A stretch of DNA of 64,000 bases from an uncultured Chloroflexia bacterium. GTDB taxonomy: Bacteria; Chloroflexota; Limnocylindria; Limnocylindrales; CSP1-4. Location of the stretch: NCBI GenBank assembly GCA_963720755.1, contig CAVRGP010000002.1, positions 32,001 to 96,000 of the forward strand. Reading direction: 5' to 3'. Within the stretch, counting starts at the first letter, position 1; the number at the start of each line of letters is the position of its first letter. Positions 10,961 to 20,385 of this stretch are shown here, piece by piece. The notes beneath the pieces were generated by a model. It searched no databases. It was not told the origin of the DNA and was given only the letters and a program-made list of their open reading frames with translations. A program made the translations under genes and the position numbers.

Positions 10961-11121
10961 TGCGACGACTGACGTCGCGCGGTCAGGGCGTCGTTGAATA
11001 CGGTTTGATCCTGGCCCTGACCAGCATCTTCACGGTGCTCATCCTGGGGGTCTTCGGCGGGACGCTGGCCGATTTCCTGAGTCTCGTCGGTAGCGCGATC
11101 GACGCCGCGACCGGCGGCTGA
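10960..11121 (+). CDS. flp: Flp family type IVb pilin (divergent)
   Basis: MRRLTSRG|QGVVEYGLILAL..., Flp motif G-x4-EY; ATG overlaps the upstream stop. Confidence 0.8.
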   Translation: MRRLTSRGQGVVEYGLILALTSIFTVLILGVFGGTLADFLSLVGSAIDAATGG

Positions 11122-11147
11122 CCGCCGAGAGTCCGGGCACCACCCCC

Positions 11148-11192
11148 GGTACCATCATCCTAGTGTCTATTTGCGGGATCAGTCCCTATATT
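11148..11192 (+). promoter_or_regulatory. Putative flp promoter: inverted motif GGTACCATCATCCTA and -10 TATATT
   Basis: Motif-to--10 offset is 39 bp, as in the other locus promoters. Confidence 0.45.
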
Positions 11193-11246
11193 CGAGACAT
11201 GCCCTCGATCTTCCGGGGGGATCGTCATCATCTGGGAGGCTGCCAC

Positions 11247-11417
11247 ATGGCACTCATCACCACGCTCCTCGCCTCGCTTCGCAGCGACGAGGAAGGCCAG
11301 GGACTGGCCGAGTACGCGCTGATCCTCGCCCTCATCGCGATCGTCGCGATCATCGCCCTCATCTTCCTGGGCGGCCAGGTCAGCACGATCCTGAACACGG
11401 TCGGCAACTCCGTCTAG
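11247..11417 (+). CDS. flp: Flp pilin
   Basis: GGAGG RBS; MALITTLLASLRSDEEG|QGLAEYALILALIAIVAIIAL... Confidence 0.95.
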   Translation: MALITTLLASLRSDEEGQGLAEYALILALIAIVAIIALIFLGGQVSTILNTVGNSV

Positions 11418-11435
11418 GACCCGATCGCGTCGCAC

Positions 11436-11476
11436 GAACCGCCGACCCCACGGGGCTCGGCGGTTCTTCATTTCTT
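11436..11476 (+). terminator. Intrinsic terminator
   Basis: GAACCGCCGA...TCGGCGGTTC stem followed by TTCATTTCTT. Confidence 0.75.
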
Positions 11477-11486
11477 GGTGCGGTTA

Positions 11487-11532
11487 TAGGGCATCTGGGT
11501 CTCTTGACACGCCGCTTGACCGCCCGTACCGT
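11487..11532 (+). promoter_or_regulatory. Sigma70-type promoter TTGACA-N17-TACCGT with a partial upstream motif
   Basis: TTGACA 11504-11509, TACCGT 11527-11532, TAGGGCATCTGGGTC at 11487. Confidence 0.65.
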
Positions 11533-11584
11533 TTCCCAGCCCGCAGCGATCCTGCGGAGATCTCACGGAAAGGAGGGAACCAAC

Positions 11585-11755
11585 ATGACACAGCTCATCG
11601 CACTCATCTCGTCCATCCGCAACGACGACGAAGGCCAGGGTCTGGCCGAGTACGCGCTGATCCTCGCCCTCATCGCGATCGTCGCGATCATCGCGCTCAT
11701 CTTCCTGGGCGGCCAGGTCAGCACGATCCTCAACACGGTCGGCAGCTCCGTCTAG
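11585..11755 (+). CDS. flp: Flp pilin, near-identical mature part to 11247..11417
   Basis: AAGGAGG RBS; ...DEG|QGLAEYALILALIAIVAIIALIFLGGQVSTILNTVGSSV. Confidence 0.95.
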   Translation: MTQLIALISSIRNDDEGQGLAEYALILALIAIVAIIALIFLGGQVSTILNTVGSSV

Positions 11756-11779
11756 GACGGTCCACTCCATGGCAGATCG

Positions 11780-11812
11780 GAGCCGCCGGCGCCGTAAGGC
11801 CCGGCGGCTTCA
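11780..11812 (+). terminator. Stem-loop terminator
   Basis: GAGCCGCCGG...CCGGCGGCTT inverted repeat just after the flp stop. Confidence 0.55.
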
Positions 11813-11843
11813 ACGTTCCGGTGGTGCATGGACGCCGACGGAA

Positions 11844-11886
11844 CCTACCAACGGCCTATTGACACTCGCGCAGCCGACCGTATGTT
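11844..11886 (+). promoter_or_regulatory. Promoter TTGACA-N16-TATGTT directly preceded by motif CCTACCAACGGCCTA
   Basis: TTGACA 11859-11864, TATGTT 11881-11886. Confidence 0.6.
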
Positions 11887-11918
11887 GGCGGTAAGTCTTC
11901 GAGAAAGGAGGTTCATGC

Positions 11919-12110
11919 ATGACCAGACTCGCGCCCGTCCTCGCGATCATCGACCGGCTTCGCCGGGATGACGAAGGCCAGGGCCTCGCCGAATACGCTC
12001 TTATCCTCGCTCTCATCGCGATCGTCGCTATCGTCGCCCTCCTCTTCATGGGTTCCCAGGTCAGCGACAAGCTGAACGTCATCGGTACCACGTTGCAATC
12101 CATCCAGTAG
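11919..12110 (+). CDS. flp: Flp pilin
   Basis: AAGGAGG RBS; ...DDEG|QGLAEYALILALIAIVAIVALLFMG... Confidence 0.95.
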   Translation: MTRLAPVLAIIDRLRRDDEGQGLAEYALILALIAIVAIVALLFMGSQVSDKLNVIGTTLQSIQ

Positions 12111-12123
12111 GACTTCGATCTTC

Positions 12124-12154
12124 AAGGCCCGCCGAGCGATCGCTGGCGGGCCTT
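12124..12154 (+). terminator. Stem-loop after the last flp
   Basis: AAGGCCCGCC...GGCGGGCCTT perfect 10-bp stem. Confidence 0.6.
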
Positions 12155-12246
12155 CGCATGTCCGCGGGCCCTGACGGCACTCCCGCTGGCCCCCAGGAAC
12201 GCAACCTTGCAGATTTCCTTGCACCATGCGTGCGTTCCTGCTTTTT

Positions 12247-12304
12247 CCTACCAATAGTCCTAGCCCTTTGGTATAGTCGCGCGGCTCTGGGGCGGTGCTA
12301 GAGT
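12247..12304 (+). promoter_or_regulatory. cpaB operon promoter: tandem motif copies and extended -10 (CGGTGC-TAGAGT)
   Basis: CCTACCAATAGTCCTA and TAGCCCTTTGGTATA; the latter starts 38 bp before TAGAGT. Confidence 0.55.
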
Positions 12305-12345
12305 GGTGCCACCTGTCACACCAGCTTTGATCGGGGAGAATCAAC

Positions 12346-13239
12346 TTGAGACGCTCAAATCGCCTTGTCCTGCTCGTCGGGGTCTTCCTGGCGATCGTGG
12401 CCTTCGTCGGCATCATCCTGCTCAGTTCGAGCACCCCCAAGTCGAATGGTCCGGAGGCGGCTCCGACGACCGGTCCGGTCGTCGTCGCATCGGCGGATAT
12501 CCCGCTATCGACGCGCATCGCGGCCAACCAGATCACGACCAAGACCGTGGACCTGACGGCGATCCTGCCGGGTGCGTTCACCGATCCCTCCCAGGTGATC
12601 GGCCAGATCGCCCGCGAGCAAGTCACGGCCGGCGCGCAGATCACGAGCGAAACGCTCAGCGGCAACAACGGCCAGATCACAACGATCGACTGTCCGGCCA
12701 CCCTGCGCTGCATGTCTGTCCAGGTGGACCAGGTCAGCGGCGTGGGCACGGTCATCAAGACCGGTGACTACGTGGACATGGTCGTCGGCCTGACCGCTGA
12801 CAAGTTCCCGGTCATCACGATCAACCCGGTCGATAGCTCCGTGACGGTCGTCTCCGGCCTCAACAGCACCAGCGTCAAACTGCTGCTCCAGGGCATGCAG
12901 GTCATGGGCACGCTGCTGCCGACCCCGGCGCCGACAACCGACACCGGGACAGAAACACCGGCCCCGTCAGCGGGTGACACGACAGCCCTCAACGGCCAGC
13001 AGCAGATCGTCATCCTTGCGGTGACGGCTCAGCAGGCCGAGGTCCTGAAGTTCGCCCAGATGGACGGCAACGTCTCGCTGGCCCTGCGATCGTCAGCCGA
13101 CTTCATCGATCCGGTCACGGGCGAGCCCGTGCTGCCGGTCGACGCGGTGACGACTGGCGTGACGCTCAAGGTGTTGGTGGACTCCTACGGTGTCCTGCCA
13201 CCCGAAGTCGTCCAGACCGTCACGCCGAAGAAGCCGTAG
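12346..13239 (+). CDS. cpaB: Flp pilus assembly protein CpaB (SAF + RcpC)
   Basis: N-terminal TM, 'VVVASADIP', 'GVGTVIKTGDYVDMV', 'VSLALRS'; tad context. Confidence 0.92.
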   Translation: MRRSNRLVLLVGVFLAIVAFVGIILLSSSTPKSNGPEAAPTTGPVVVASADIPLSTRIAANQITTKTVDLTAILPGAFTDPSQVIGQIAREQVTAGAQITSETLSGNNGQITTIDCPATLRCMSVQVDQVSGVGTVIKTGDYVDMVVGLTADKFPVITINPVDSSVTVVSGLNSTSVKLLLQGMQVMGTLLPTPAPTTDTGTETPAPSAGDTTALNGQQQIVILAVTAQQAEVLKFAQMDGNVSLALRSSADFIDPVTGEPVLPVDAVTTGVTLKVLVDSYGVLPPEVVQTVTPKKP

Positions 13240-13316
13240 CGGAATCCTGATCGGGGACGCGCCTGGCGCGTCCCCGGCCACCGCATCCACCCACCGCAAG
13301 GACCGACCAGAGCGAG

Positions 13317-14576
13317 ATGACTGACCAGATCCGTGTCCTCGTCGTTGACGACATCGCCGAAACCCGCGATCACCTCACGAAGCTTCTTGGCTTCGAGAGC
13401 GACATCGAGGTTGTCGGCGCGGCTGGCTCCGGTCGTGAAGCGCTGGAGCTGGCCGGCCAGCTGAACCCGGATGTCGTCCTCATGGACATCAACATGCCGG
13501 GCATGGATGGCATCGCGACGACGGAGCAGCTCTCCTCGACTGTCCCGAACGCGTCCGTCGTGATGATGTCCGTCCAGGGTGAAGCGGACTACCTCCGCCG
13601 ATCCATGCTGGCCGGCGCCCGGGAGTTTCTCGTCAAGCCATTCAGCAGCGACGAACTGACCGCCTCCATCCGACAGGTGAGCGCGCGCGAGCGCGACAAG
13701 CAAAGCCGGCTCGCCGCCACACCGGCGACGATCGGCGGCGGGGGTGGCGACCGGACCGGTGGTGACGGCGAGCCCGGCACCGTCGTGGCCGTGTTCAGCC
13801 CCAAGGGCGGTGTCGGGCGAACGACCGTCGCGGTCAACCTGGCCGTCGCCGCCGCCACGGAGCTGGGCAAGAAGGTCGTCGTCATGGACGCCTCATTCCA
13901 GTTTGGCGATGTCGGTGTCCTGCTCAACCTGAACCCGAAGAGCAAGTCGATCGCAGACCTCATCCCGGAGCTGGAAGCGGGCGAGCTCGAATCGATGGAC
14001 ACGTTCCTGGTCGATCACTCGGCTGGGATCCGCGTCCTCCTCGCCCCGCCATCACCGGAGACCGCCGAGATCATCACGGCAGCCTGGGTCAAGCGGGTCA
14101 TCGAGGGCCTGCGGCGCGACCACGACCTGGTCGTCGTCGATTGCGCCGCATACTTCAATGACACGACGCTGGCGATCCTTGACGCCGCCGACATCATCCT
14201 GACGATGCTGAGTCTCGAGATCACGAGCATCAAGAACATGCGCCTCTTCCTGGAGGTAGCCCAACAGCTTGGCTATGAGAAGGGGAAGGTCCGGCTCGTC
14301 CTCAATCGCGCCGATTCGGCCCTCGGCATCCGGGTCAGCGACGTCGAGACCTCGATCGGACGCAAGGTCGATGAGCAGATCGTGAGCGACGGTCGGAGCG
14401 TGGTCTACGCGCTCAATCGTGGCGTCCCGTTCTTCCTGTCCAATCGGGAGGCCCAGGTCTCCCAGGACATCCTCCGACTCGCCCGGACCGTGACCGGGGA
14501 ACGAGCCGTGGTCGAGGCCGCGGACGAAAGTGCCAAGAAGTCCACTCAGAAGAAGTCGTTGTTCGCATGGCGATGA
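13317..14576 (+). CDS. cpaE: REC-domain / CpaE (TadZ) MinD-like ATPase
   Basis: Intact receiver (VVDD, LMDINMP, VKP) plus deviant Walker A 'SPKGGVGRTT' and 'QFGDV'. Confidence 0.9.
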   Translation: MTDQIRVLVVDDIAETRDHLTKLLGFESDIEVVGAAGSGREALELAGQLNPDVVLMDINMPGMDGIATTEQLSSTVPNASVVMMSVQGEADYLRRSMLAGAREFLVKPFSSDELTASIRQVSARERDKQSRLAATPATIGGGGGDRTGGDGEPGTVVAVFSPKGGVGRTTVAVNLAVAAATELGKKVVVMDASFQFGDVGVLLNLNPKSKSIADLIPELEAGELESMDTFLVDHSAGIRVLLAPPSPETAEIITAAWVKRVIEGLRRDHDLVVVDCAAYFNDTTLAILDAADIILTMLSLEITSIKNMRLFLEVAQQLGYEKGKVRLVLNRADSALGIRVSDVETSIGRKVDEQIVSDGRSVVYALNRGVPFFLSNREAQVSQDILRLARTVTGERAVVEAADESAKKSTQKKSLFAWR

Positions 14577-14617
14577 CCGCACGCACCTGGCCCGTCCGGG
14601 CGAGAAGGGGGTAAACG

Positions 14618-16039
14618 ATGTCCCTGTTGAAACGGATCGAAAGCGCTCGACCAGGTGCCGACGGCACCGCCGGCGCCGCACCGGGTAAGCCAGGCGCGCC
14701 TGGATCCAACGTTCCGGCACCGCCAGGCGGGGTCCCGGGCGCCCCGACGCCGAGTCGCCTGAGCAGTCAGGCGCCCGTCCGCGAGTCGTTCCGCGACGTC
14801 AAGTTCCGCATCCAGAACCGGGTCATCCAGGACCTGGATCCGAAGCTGGACCTGTCCAACCAGGTCGAGGTCCGACGCCAGATCGAGGAGATCTTCGGCA
14901 AGGTCATCGACGAGGAAGGCCTCGCCCTGACCCGCGCCGAGCGCGTCCGGATGCTCGAGCAGATCACGGACGAGATCATCGGTCTCGGCCCGCTCGAGCC
15001 ACTTCTTCGTGACGAGTCCATCACCGAAGTCATGGTCAACGGCCCGCGCCAGGTCTACATCGAGCGATCGGGCAAGCTTGAACTGACCAACGTGGTCTTC
15101 CAGAACGACGATCACGTCATGCGGATCATCGACCGGATCATCGCCCCCATCGGCCGTCGAGTCGACGAATCGAGCCCGATGGTCGACGCCCGTCTGACCG
15201 ACGGGTCTCGCGTCAACGCCATCATCCCGCCGCTCTCATTGGTCGGCCCCGTCGTCACCATCCGAAAGTTCTCGGCGTCGCCGTTCACCGTGGAGGACCT
15301 CGTCCGCTTCGGCACGGCTACCTCGGACATGTTCGACTTCCTCCGAGCGTGCGTGGAAGCGCGGCTCAACGTGTTCGTGTCCGGCGGCACCGGCTCGGGC
15401 AAGACCACGACCCTCAACGTCCTGTCGTCGTTCATCCCGAACGACGAGCGGATCGTGACGATCGAGGACGCGGCGGAGCTCCAGCTTCGGCAGGAGCACG
15501 TCGTCACCCTTGAGTCGCGCCCACCCAACATCGAGGGCAAGGGCGCCGTCCCCATCCGCGAGCTCGTCCGCAACGCCCTGCGCATGCGGCCCGACCGGAT
15601 CATCGTCGGGGAGTGTCGGTCCGGCGAGGCTTTGGACATGCTCCAGGCCATGAACACCGGCCACGACGGCTCCATGTCCACCGGCCACGCCAACAGCCCG
15701 CGCGACATGCTGTCGCGGCTCGAGACGATGGTCCTGATGGCCGGCGTGGACCTGCCCCTGCGGGCGATCCGCGAGCAGGTCGCGTCCGCCGTCGATCTCA
15801 TCGTCCAGCAGTCCCGGCTCAAGGACGGGACGCGCAAGATCGTCAACATCACCGAGGTCCAGGGCATGGAGGGTGATGTCATCGTCATGCAGGATGTCTT
15901 CATCTTCGAGCAGACCGGCGTCGTCGAGGGCAAGATCCAGGGCCGCCTCAAGGCGACCGGGATCCGGCCCAAGTTCGTCGAGAAGTTCGAGGTCATGGGG
16001 ATCAACCTGCCACCCGGCCTGTTCGGCTTCACCTACTAG
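14618..16039 (+). CDS. cpaF: Tad secretion ATPase CpaF/TadA
   Basis: 'GGTGSGKTT', 'TIEDAAEL', 'LRMRPDRIIVGE', 'AMNTGHDGS'. Confidence 0.97.
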   Translation: MSLLKRIESARPGADGTAGAAPGKPGAPGSNVPAPPGGVPGAPTPSRLSSQAPVRESFRDVKFRIQNRVIQDLDPKLDLSNQVEVRRQIEEIFGKVIDEEGLALTRAERVRMLEQITDEIIGLGPLEPLLRDESITEVMVNGPRQVYIERSGKLELTNVVFQNDDHVMRIIDRIIAPIGRRVDESSPMVDARLTDGSRVNAIIPPLSLVGPVVTIRKFSASPFTVEDLVRFGTATSDMFDFLRACVEARLNVFVSGGTGSGKTTTLNVLSSFIPNDERIVTIEDAAELQLRQEHVVTLESRPPNIEGKGAVPIRELVRNALRMRPDRIIVGECRSGEALDMLQAMNTGHDGSMSTGHANSPRDMLSRLETMVLMAGVDLPLRAIREQVASAVDLIVQQSRLKDGTRKIVNITEVQGMEGDVIVMQDVFIFEQTGVVEGKIQGRLKATGIRPKFVEKFEVMGINLPPGLFGFTY

Positions 16040-16062
16040 GCTCGGGAAGGAGTACTGAACCC

Positions 16063-17071
16063 GTGGATACCATGACGCTCGCGGTCGCCGCCGTCGCCGC
16101 CCTGGCGATCATCGTGCTCGCGATCGGCGTTGCGACCTCGGGTGGGTCCGGCATCTCCGACCGGCTCGAGCGCTACGCGGCGAAGCCGGCCGCCAACAAG
16201 GCCGCCAGCGGTCAGGGTGGCGTCGCCGACCTGATCGCCCAGAGCGCCGCCCTCAACAGCCTCAACCGGGTCGTCGAGCAACGCGACTTCGGGGCCAACC
16301 TGGCCCGCGACATCGCCCGGGCGGACCTGCAGCTCAAGCCGTCGGAGTTCCTGGCCATCTGGGCCGGCTCGGTCGTCGGCGTCCCGCTGGCCATGTTCCT
16401 CCTGTCGCCGATCCTGCCCGCGCTGGGCAACCCGATCTTCCTCCTCGTCGGACTGCTCATCGGGTTCATGCTCCCGAGGTTCTGGCTGGCGCGTCGAAAG
16501 AGCGGCCGCCTCGGCGCCTTCAACAAGCAGCTGCCGGATACGATCACCCTGCTGGCCAACGCCCTGCGCGCCGGCTCGTCCTTCCTCCAGGCGGTGGAGC
16601 TGGTGGTCCGCGAATCGCGCCCACCGGTCTCGACCGAGTTCGGCCGCGTCATCCGTGAGGTCAACCTTGGTCTGCCGTTCGAACAGGCCCTGGAGAACAT
16701 GGTCCGCCGGGTCCGCTCGGACGACCTCGAACTGATGGCCACCGCCATCAGCATCCAGCACCAGGTGGGCGGCAACCTCGCCGAGATCCTCGACTCGATC
16801 GCGTACACGATCCGTGAACGCGTCCGGATCAAGGGCGAGATCCGAACGCTGACCGCCCAGCAGCGCATGTCCGGTTACGTCGTGGCGGGTCTCCCGATCG
16901 GGCTGGCCGGCCTTCCTGTTCGTGGCGGCGCCCGGGTTCATGGATCCGATGTTCGCCAATCCGCCGGCCATCCTCGGGCTGCCGGCCGGGGTCATCATCC
17001 TGATGATCGGCGGTTTCATGATGTTCCTCGGGTTCCTGGCCATCCGCAAAATCGTCGACATCGAGGTCTAG
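16063..17071 (+). CDS. tadB: TadB (type II secretion F-family), +1 frameshift near 16911
   Basis: 'QLPDTITLLANALRAG', 'VGGNLAEIL'. The shifted frame gives the canonical end 'FLAIRKIVDIEV*' (TAG 17069-17071). Confidence 0.9.
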
Positions 17072-17076
17072 GACTG

Positions 17077-18009
17077 ATGGAAATCTTGCCGATCGTCGTC
17101 GCCGCCCTCGCGGCCGGCGGCATCCTGCTCATCGTCATCGGCTTGTCCGGCGGCCAGTCCGTTGACCCGGTCCAGGCCCGGCTGACCCAGCTTGGGTCCA
17201 TGCAGGCCAAGAACCTCGAGGAACTCGAGCTCCAGCAGCCGTTCATCGAGCGGACCCTGCGGCCCCTCGCCAAGCGCCTGTCCGGTAGCGTGTCCCGGGT
17301 CACGAGCACTTCGTTCAGCGAGCGGACCGAGAAGCGCCTCGCGTTGGCAGGTAACCCTGGCGACATGCGGGTGGCCGACTGGCTCGGGATCAAGGCCGTC
17401 GGCGCGATCATCGGGGCGATCATCTTCTTCGCCCTGTTCGTGCTCCTCGGCGTCATGAGCCTGCCGTTCTTCATCGGGCTGGTGATGACCGCCGTCGGCG
17501 GCTTCTTCGGCTACACCTACCCCGAGTTCTGGCTGGGGGGAAAGATCAAGAAGCGCCAGAAGGCGATCCTCCTGATGATCCCGGACGCACTCGACCTGCT
17601 GACCATCTCCGTGCGGGCCGGTCTCGGGTTCGACGCGGCGCTGGGCAAGGTCGTCGAAAAGCTGGAAGGCCCCCTGTCGGACGAGTTCCGGCGGGCAATG
17701 GCAGAACTCCGAGTCGGCAAGGCGCGACGCGATGCCCTGCGTGACATCGTCGCCCGGACGGAAGTCCCGCCGCTGACCAACTTCATCGGCGCGATCATCC
17801 AGGCCGAGCAACTCGGCGTGTCGATCTCCAAGGTCCTCCAGGTCCAGTCGGAGCAGCTCCGGATCGAACGCCGCCAGCGTGCCGAGGAACAGGCCGCGAA
17901 GGCCCCGATCAAGATGCTGTTCCCGCTCGTCGGCTGCATCTTCCCGTCGCTGTTCATCGTCATCCTTGGCCCGGCGATCATCCTGATCGTCCAGAACCTG
18001 GCCGTCTGA
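17077..18009 (+). CDS. tadC: TadC (type II secretion F-family)
   Basis: 'PDALDLLTISVRAGLGFD', 'RAEEQAAKAPIKMLFPL'. Confidence 0.93.
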   Translation: MEILPIVVAALAAGGILLIVIGLSGGQSVDPVQARLTQLGSMQAKNLEELELQQPFIERTLRPLAKRLSGSVSRVTSTSFSERTEKRLALAGNPGDMRVADWLGIKAVGAIIGAIIFFALFVLLGVMSLPFFIGLVMTAVGGFFGYTYPEFWLGGKIKKRQKAILLMIPDALDLLTISVRAGLGFDAALGKVVEKLEGPLSDEFRRAMAELRVGKARRDALRDIVARTEVPPLTNFIGAIIQAEQLGVSISKVLQVQSEQLRIERRQRAEEQAAKAPIKMLFPLVGCIFPSLFIVILGPAIILIVQNLAV

Positions 18010-18027
18010 CCCGGATCACCGCGGATC

Positions 18028-18480
18028 ATGGACGCGCCGGATGCCGGCAGTGAGGCCACGAGCCACGACACACGCCCAGGCGCGGGCAGGCTGCCGCCGA
18101 ACGGCCGTTCCGTGCGGGCACGCAACGTCACCCGTGGCACCGAGCTGAGCCATCGACTCGAGGTGGCCGACGGCCTGTGGGCCAAGTTCATGGGCCTGAT
18201 GGGCCGCGACGGTCTGCCCTCCGATGGTGGGATGTGGCTGCCGGCATCCAATGGCATCCACATGATGTTCATGCGTTTCGCGATCGATGCCGTGTTCGTC
18301 GGCCGCCCCGAGGATGGCGATCCGGCCGGACCACGGCCGGTGCTGTCCGTCCATCCGGGGCTGCGGACGTGGACCGGGATCGTGCCACTCGTCCGCGGCG
18401 CCAACGGCGTGCTGGAGCTGCCCGTGGGCACGATCGAGCGCACCGGGACGATCGTCGGCGACCGCATCACCGTCGGGTAG
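18028..18480 (+). CDS. DUF192 domain protein
   Basis: 'GLMGR', 'IHMMFMRFAIDAVF', 'VLELP'. Confidence 0.85.
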   Translation: MDAPDAGSEATSHDTRPGAGRLPPNGRSVRARNVTRGTELSHRLEVADGLWAKFMGLMGRDGLPSDGGMWLPASNGIHMMFMRFAIDAVFVGRPEDGDPAGPRPVLSVHPGLRTWTGIVPLVRGANGVLELPVGTIERTGTIVGDRITVG

Positions 18481-18601
18481 CCAGCCGAGCCGAGCCTGAT
18501 GCCGCCTACGCGCATACAGGGCGCGGTGTCCAGAATTGCCGCCAAATCAAGCATCAACGGCCGCCCGCATGGCATGCTGCAGGCACACCACGGGAGGACG
18601 C

Positions 18602-18997
18602 GTGCACCTGACCTTCGATGACGTGATGGAATTCGTCGTCCGAGCGTTCGAGACGGCAGGGATCCTCATTCTGGCGGTCGGTTCCATCCGTGCCCTCTGG
18701 CTGGGCTCCACGGCCTGGGCCCGGGGCGAACGGACCGGCGTCTACCAGCGCGTCCGCCTGCACGTCGGCCAGGCGATCCTGCTCGGCCTGGAGATCCTGA
18801 TCATCGCGGACATCGTCCAGACCGTGACGATCGACCTCACTCTGGAGAGCGCCGCCACCCTTGGCCTGATCGTCCTCGTCCGGACGTTCCTCAGCTTCTC
18901 ACTCGAGATCGAGCTCGATGGCGTCGTCCCGTGGCACCGTCGCCGGACGGTCCGCGACGAGGGCTCCATCGACGACATGCCGCATCGACTGCACTGA
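18602..18997 (+). CDS. DUF1622 membrane protein
   Basis: 'ILLGLEILIIADIV.T', 'IVLVRTFLSFSLEIE'; GGAGG RBS before GTG. Confidence 0.85.
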   Translation: MHLTFDDVMEFVVRAFETAGILILAVGSIRALWLGSTAWARGERTGVYQRVRLHVGQAILLGLEILIIADIVQTVTIDLTLESAATLGLIVLVRTFLSFSLEIELDGVVPWHRRRTVRDEGSIDDMPHRLH

Positions 18998-19044
18998 CGC
19001 CCGGATAAGCGCCGGGTGAGACCCGACTGTCATCGTGGGCCGCG

Positions 19045-19734
19045 ATGGCGCCCCTGCGACGACTGACGACGCTCGCCCTCGACCTCGCCTTCCCGGCAAC
19101 CTGTGCCGGCTGTCGACGGGAAGGTGAACCGCTCTGCGACGAATGCCGGCCGGCCCTCGATGTCCGTCTCGATCTGCCGGGCGGGACGCCGATCGGACTA
19201 CCGGCGGAGATCCCGGCGCCGCTGCTGCAACTGGATTGGTGCGCGCCGTTTGCCGGTCCCGTGCGGGCCGCCCTCCACGACCTGAAGTACGCCGGGGAGC
19301 GCCGCCTCGCTCGTCCCCTGGGAACGGCGGTCGCCCGGCGCTGGGGCCGCATCGGCGTCGGTGCGGACGTCGTCGTGCCCGTCCCGATCCACGCCGATCG
19401 CGAGCGGCGGCGCGGCTACGACCAGGCTGCCCTGATCGCGGAGGTCGCGGCCGCGGATCTCGGTCTGCGCTGCGAGCGAGCGCTCGAGCGGGAGCGCGCC
19501 ACCGTCGCCCAGTTCGAGCTCGGCCGGAATGAGCGGGCAGCCAACGTGAGCGGAGCCTTTCGGACCCGCGGCGAGGCCAGCCACGCGGCGGACGCAACCA
19601 CCTTCCAGGGGCACTGGATCCTCCTGGTCGACGACGTCGTCACGACCGGTGCCACCCTGGCCGCGTGCGGGGTCGCGCTGCTCCAGGCGGGCGCCTTCGC
19701 CGTCTCCGCGATCGCCGTCGCACGCGAGCGCTGA
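19045..19734 (+). CDS. comF: ComF family protein (zinc ribbon + phosphoribosyltransferase fold)
   Basis: 'CAGC..LCDEC', 'RGYDQA', 'LLVDDVVTTGAT'. Confidence 0.92.
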   Translation: MAPLRRLTTLALDLAFPATCAGCRREGEPLCDECRPALDVRLDLPGGTPIGLPAEIPAPLLQLDWCAPFAGPVRAALHDLKYAGERRLARPLGTAVARRWGRIGVGADVVVPVPIHADRERRRGYDQAALIAEVAAADLGLRCERALERERATVAQFELGRNERAANVSGAFRTRGEASHAADATTFQGHWILLVDDVVTTGATLAACGVALLQAGAFAVSAIAVARER

Positions 19735-19786
19735 CCGGGTGTCGAGGAGCCCGGGCGTATAATCGACCCAGACGCAGGAGGGCCTG

Positions 19787-20362
19787 GTGCGGACGATCGT
19801 CAAGGGAAAGAACGCTGAGATCCCGGACCGTGTGCGCGACTATGCGGAGCGCAAAGCGCAGCGGATCGAGCGGCTGCTGGACGATCAGACCGATGCGACC
19901 TTCGAGCTCTGGAACGAGCACCACCGCAGCGCCGACGCCTCCCATTTCGCCGAGCTGACCCTCGTCATCCAGGGCAAGCCGCTGCGCAGCCGGGCAGCCG
20001 GCTCGTCGTACCAGGCCGCCCTCGACGGCGTCGTGGACAAGGTCGAGCGCCAAGCCGTCGACCACAAGGAGAAACCTCGCCTCCGGGCGCGCCCCGAGGA
20101 GGAGAAGGAGATCCTCCGACGACTGGCCGACGGGAGCGAAGGTCCGGCCAGAGAGACGCGCATCGTCAAGGTCAAGCGCTTCGCCATCGAGCCGATGTTC
20201 GAGGAAGACGCGGTCGCGCGGATGGAGGAGCTGGGCCACACGTTCTTCGTCTTCGTCAGCGCGGAGACCGAGCGGATCGCCGTCCTCTACCGACGCCAGG
20301 ACGGGGACTACGGCGTCATCGAGCCGATGATCGGCGGCGACTACACGAAGGGCCGACGCTAG
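19787..20362 (+). CDS. hpf: Long-type ribosome hibernation promoting factor
   Basis: S30AE N-domain plus C-domain 'EDAVARMEELGHTFFVF...VLYRRQDGDYG'; TATAAT and GGAGG upstream. Confidence 0.92.
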   Translation: MRTIVKGKNAEIPDRVRDYAERKAQRIERLLDDQTDATFELWNEHHRSADASHFAELTLVIQGKPLRSRAAGSSYQAALDGVVDKVERQAVDHKEKPRLRARPEEEKEILRRLADGSEGPARETRIVKVKRFAIEPMFEEDAVARMEELGHTFFVFVSAETERIAVLYRRQDGDYGVIEPMIGGDYTKGRR

Positions 20363-20385
20363 GCCCCGACCCCGCGCGTCGTACG

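Noticed and set aside
11247-12110. Repeats resembling a CRISPR or tandem array
   Set aside because: The repeats are coding flp paralogs, with no repeat-spacer periodicity and no cas genes.
16063-18009. Apparent 648-aa TadB-TadC fusion
   Set aside because: Produced by a +1 frameshift. The true TadB C-terminus and stop (17071) lie in another frame and TadC has its own ATG at 17077.
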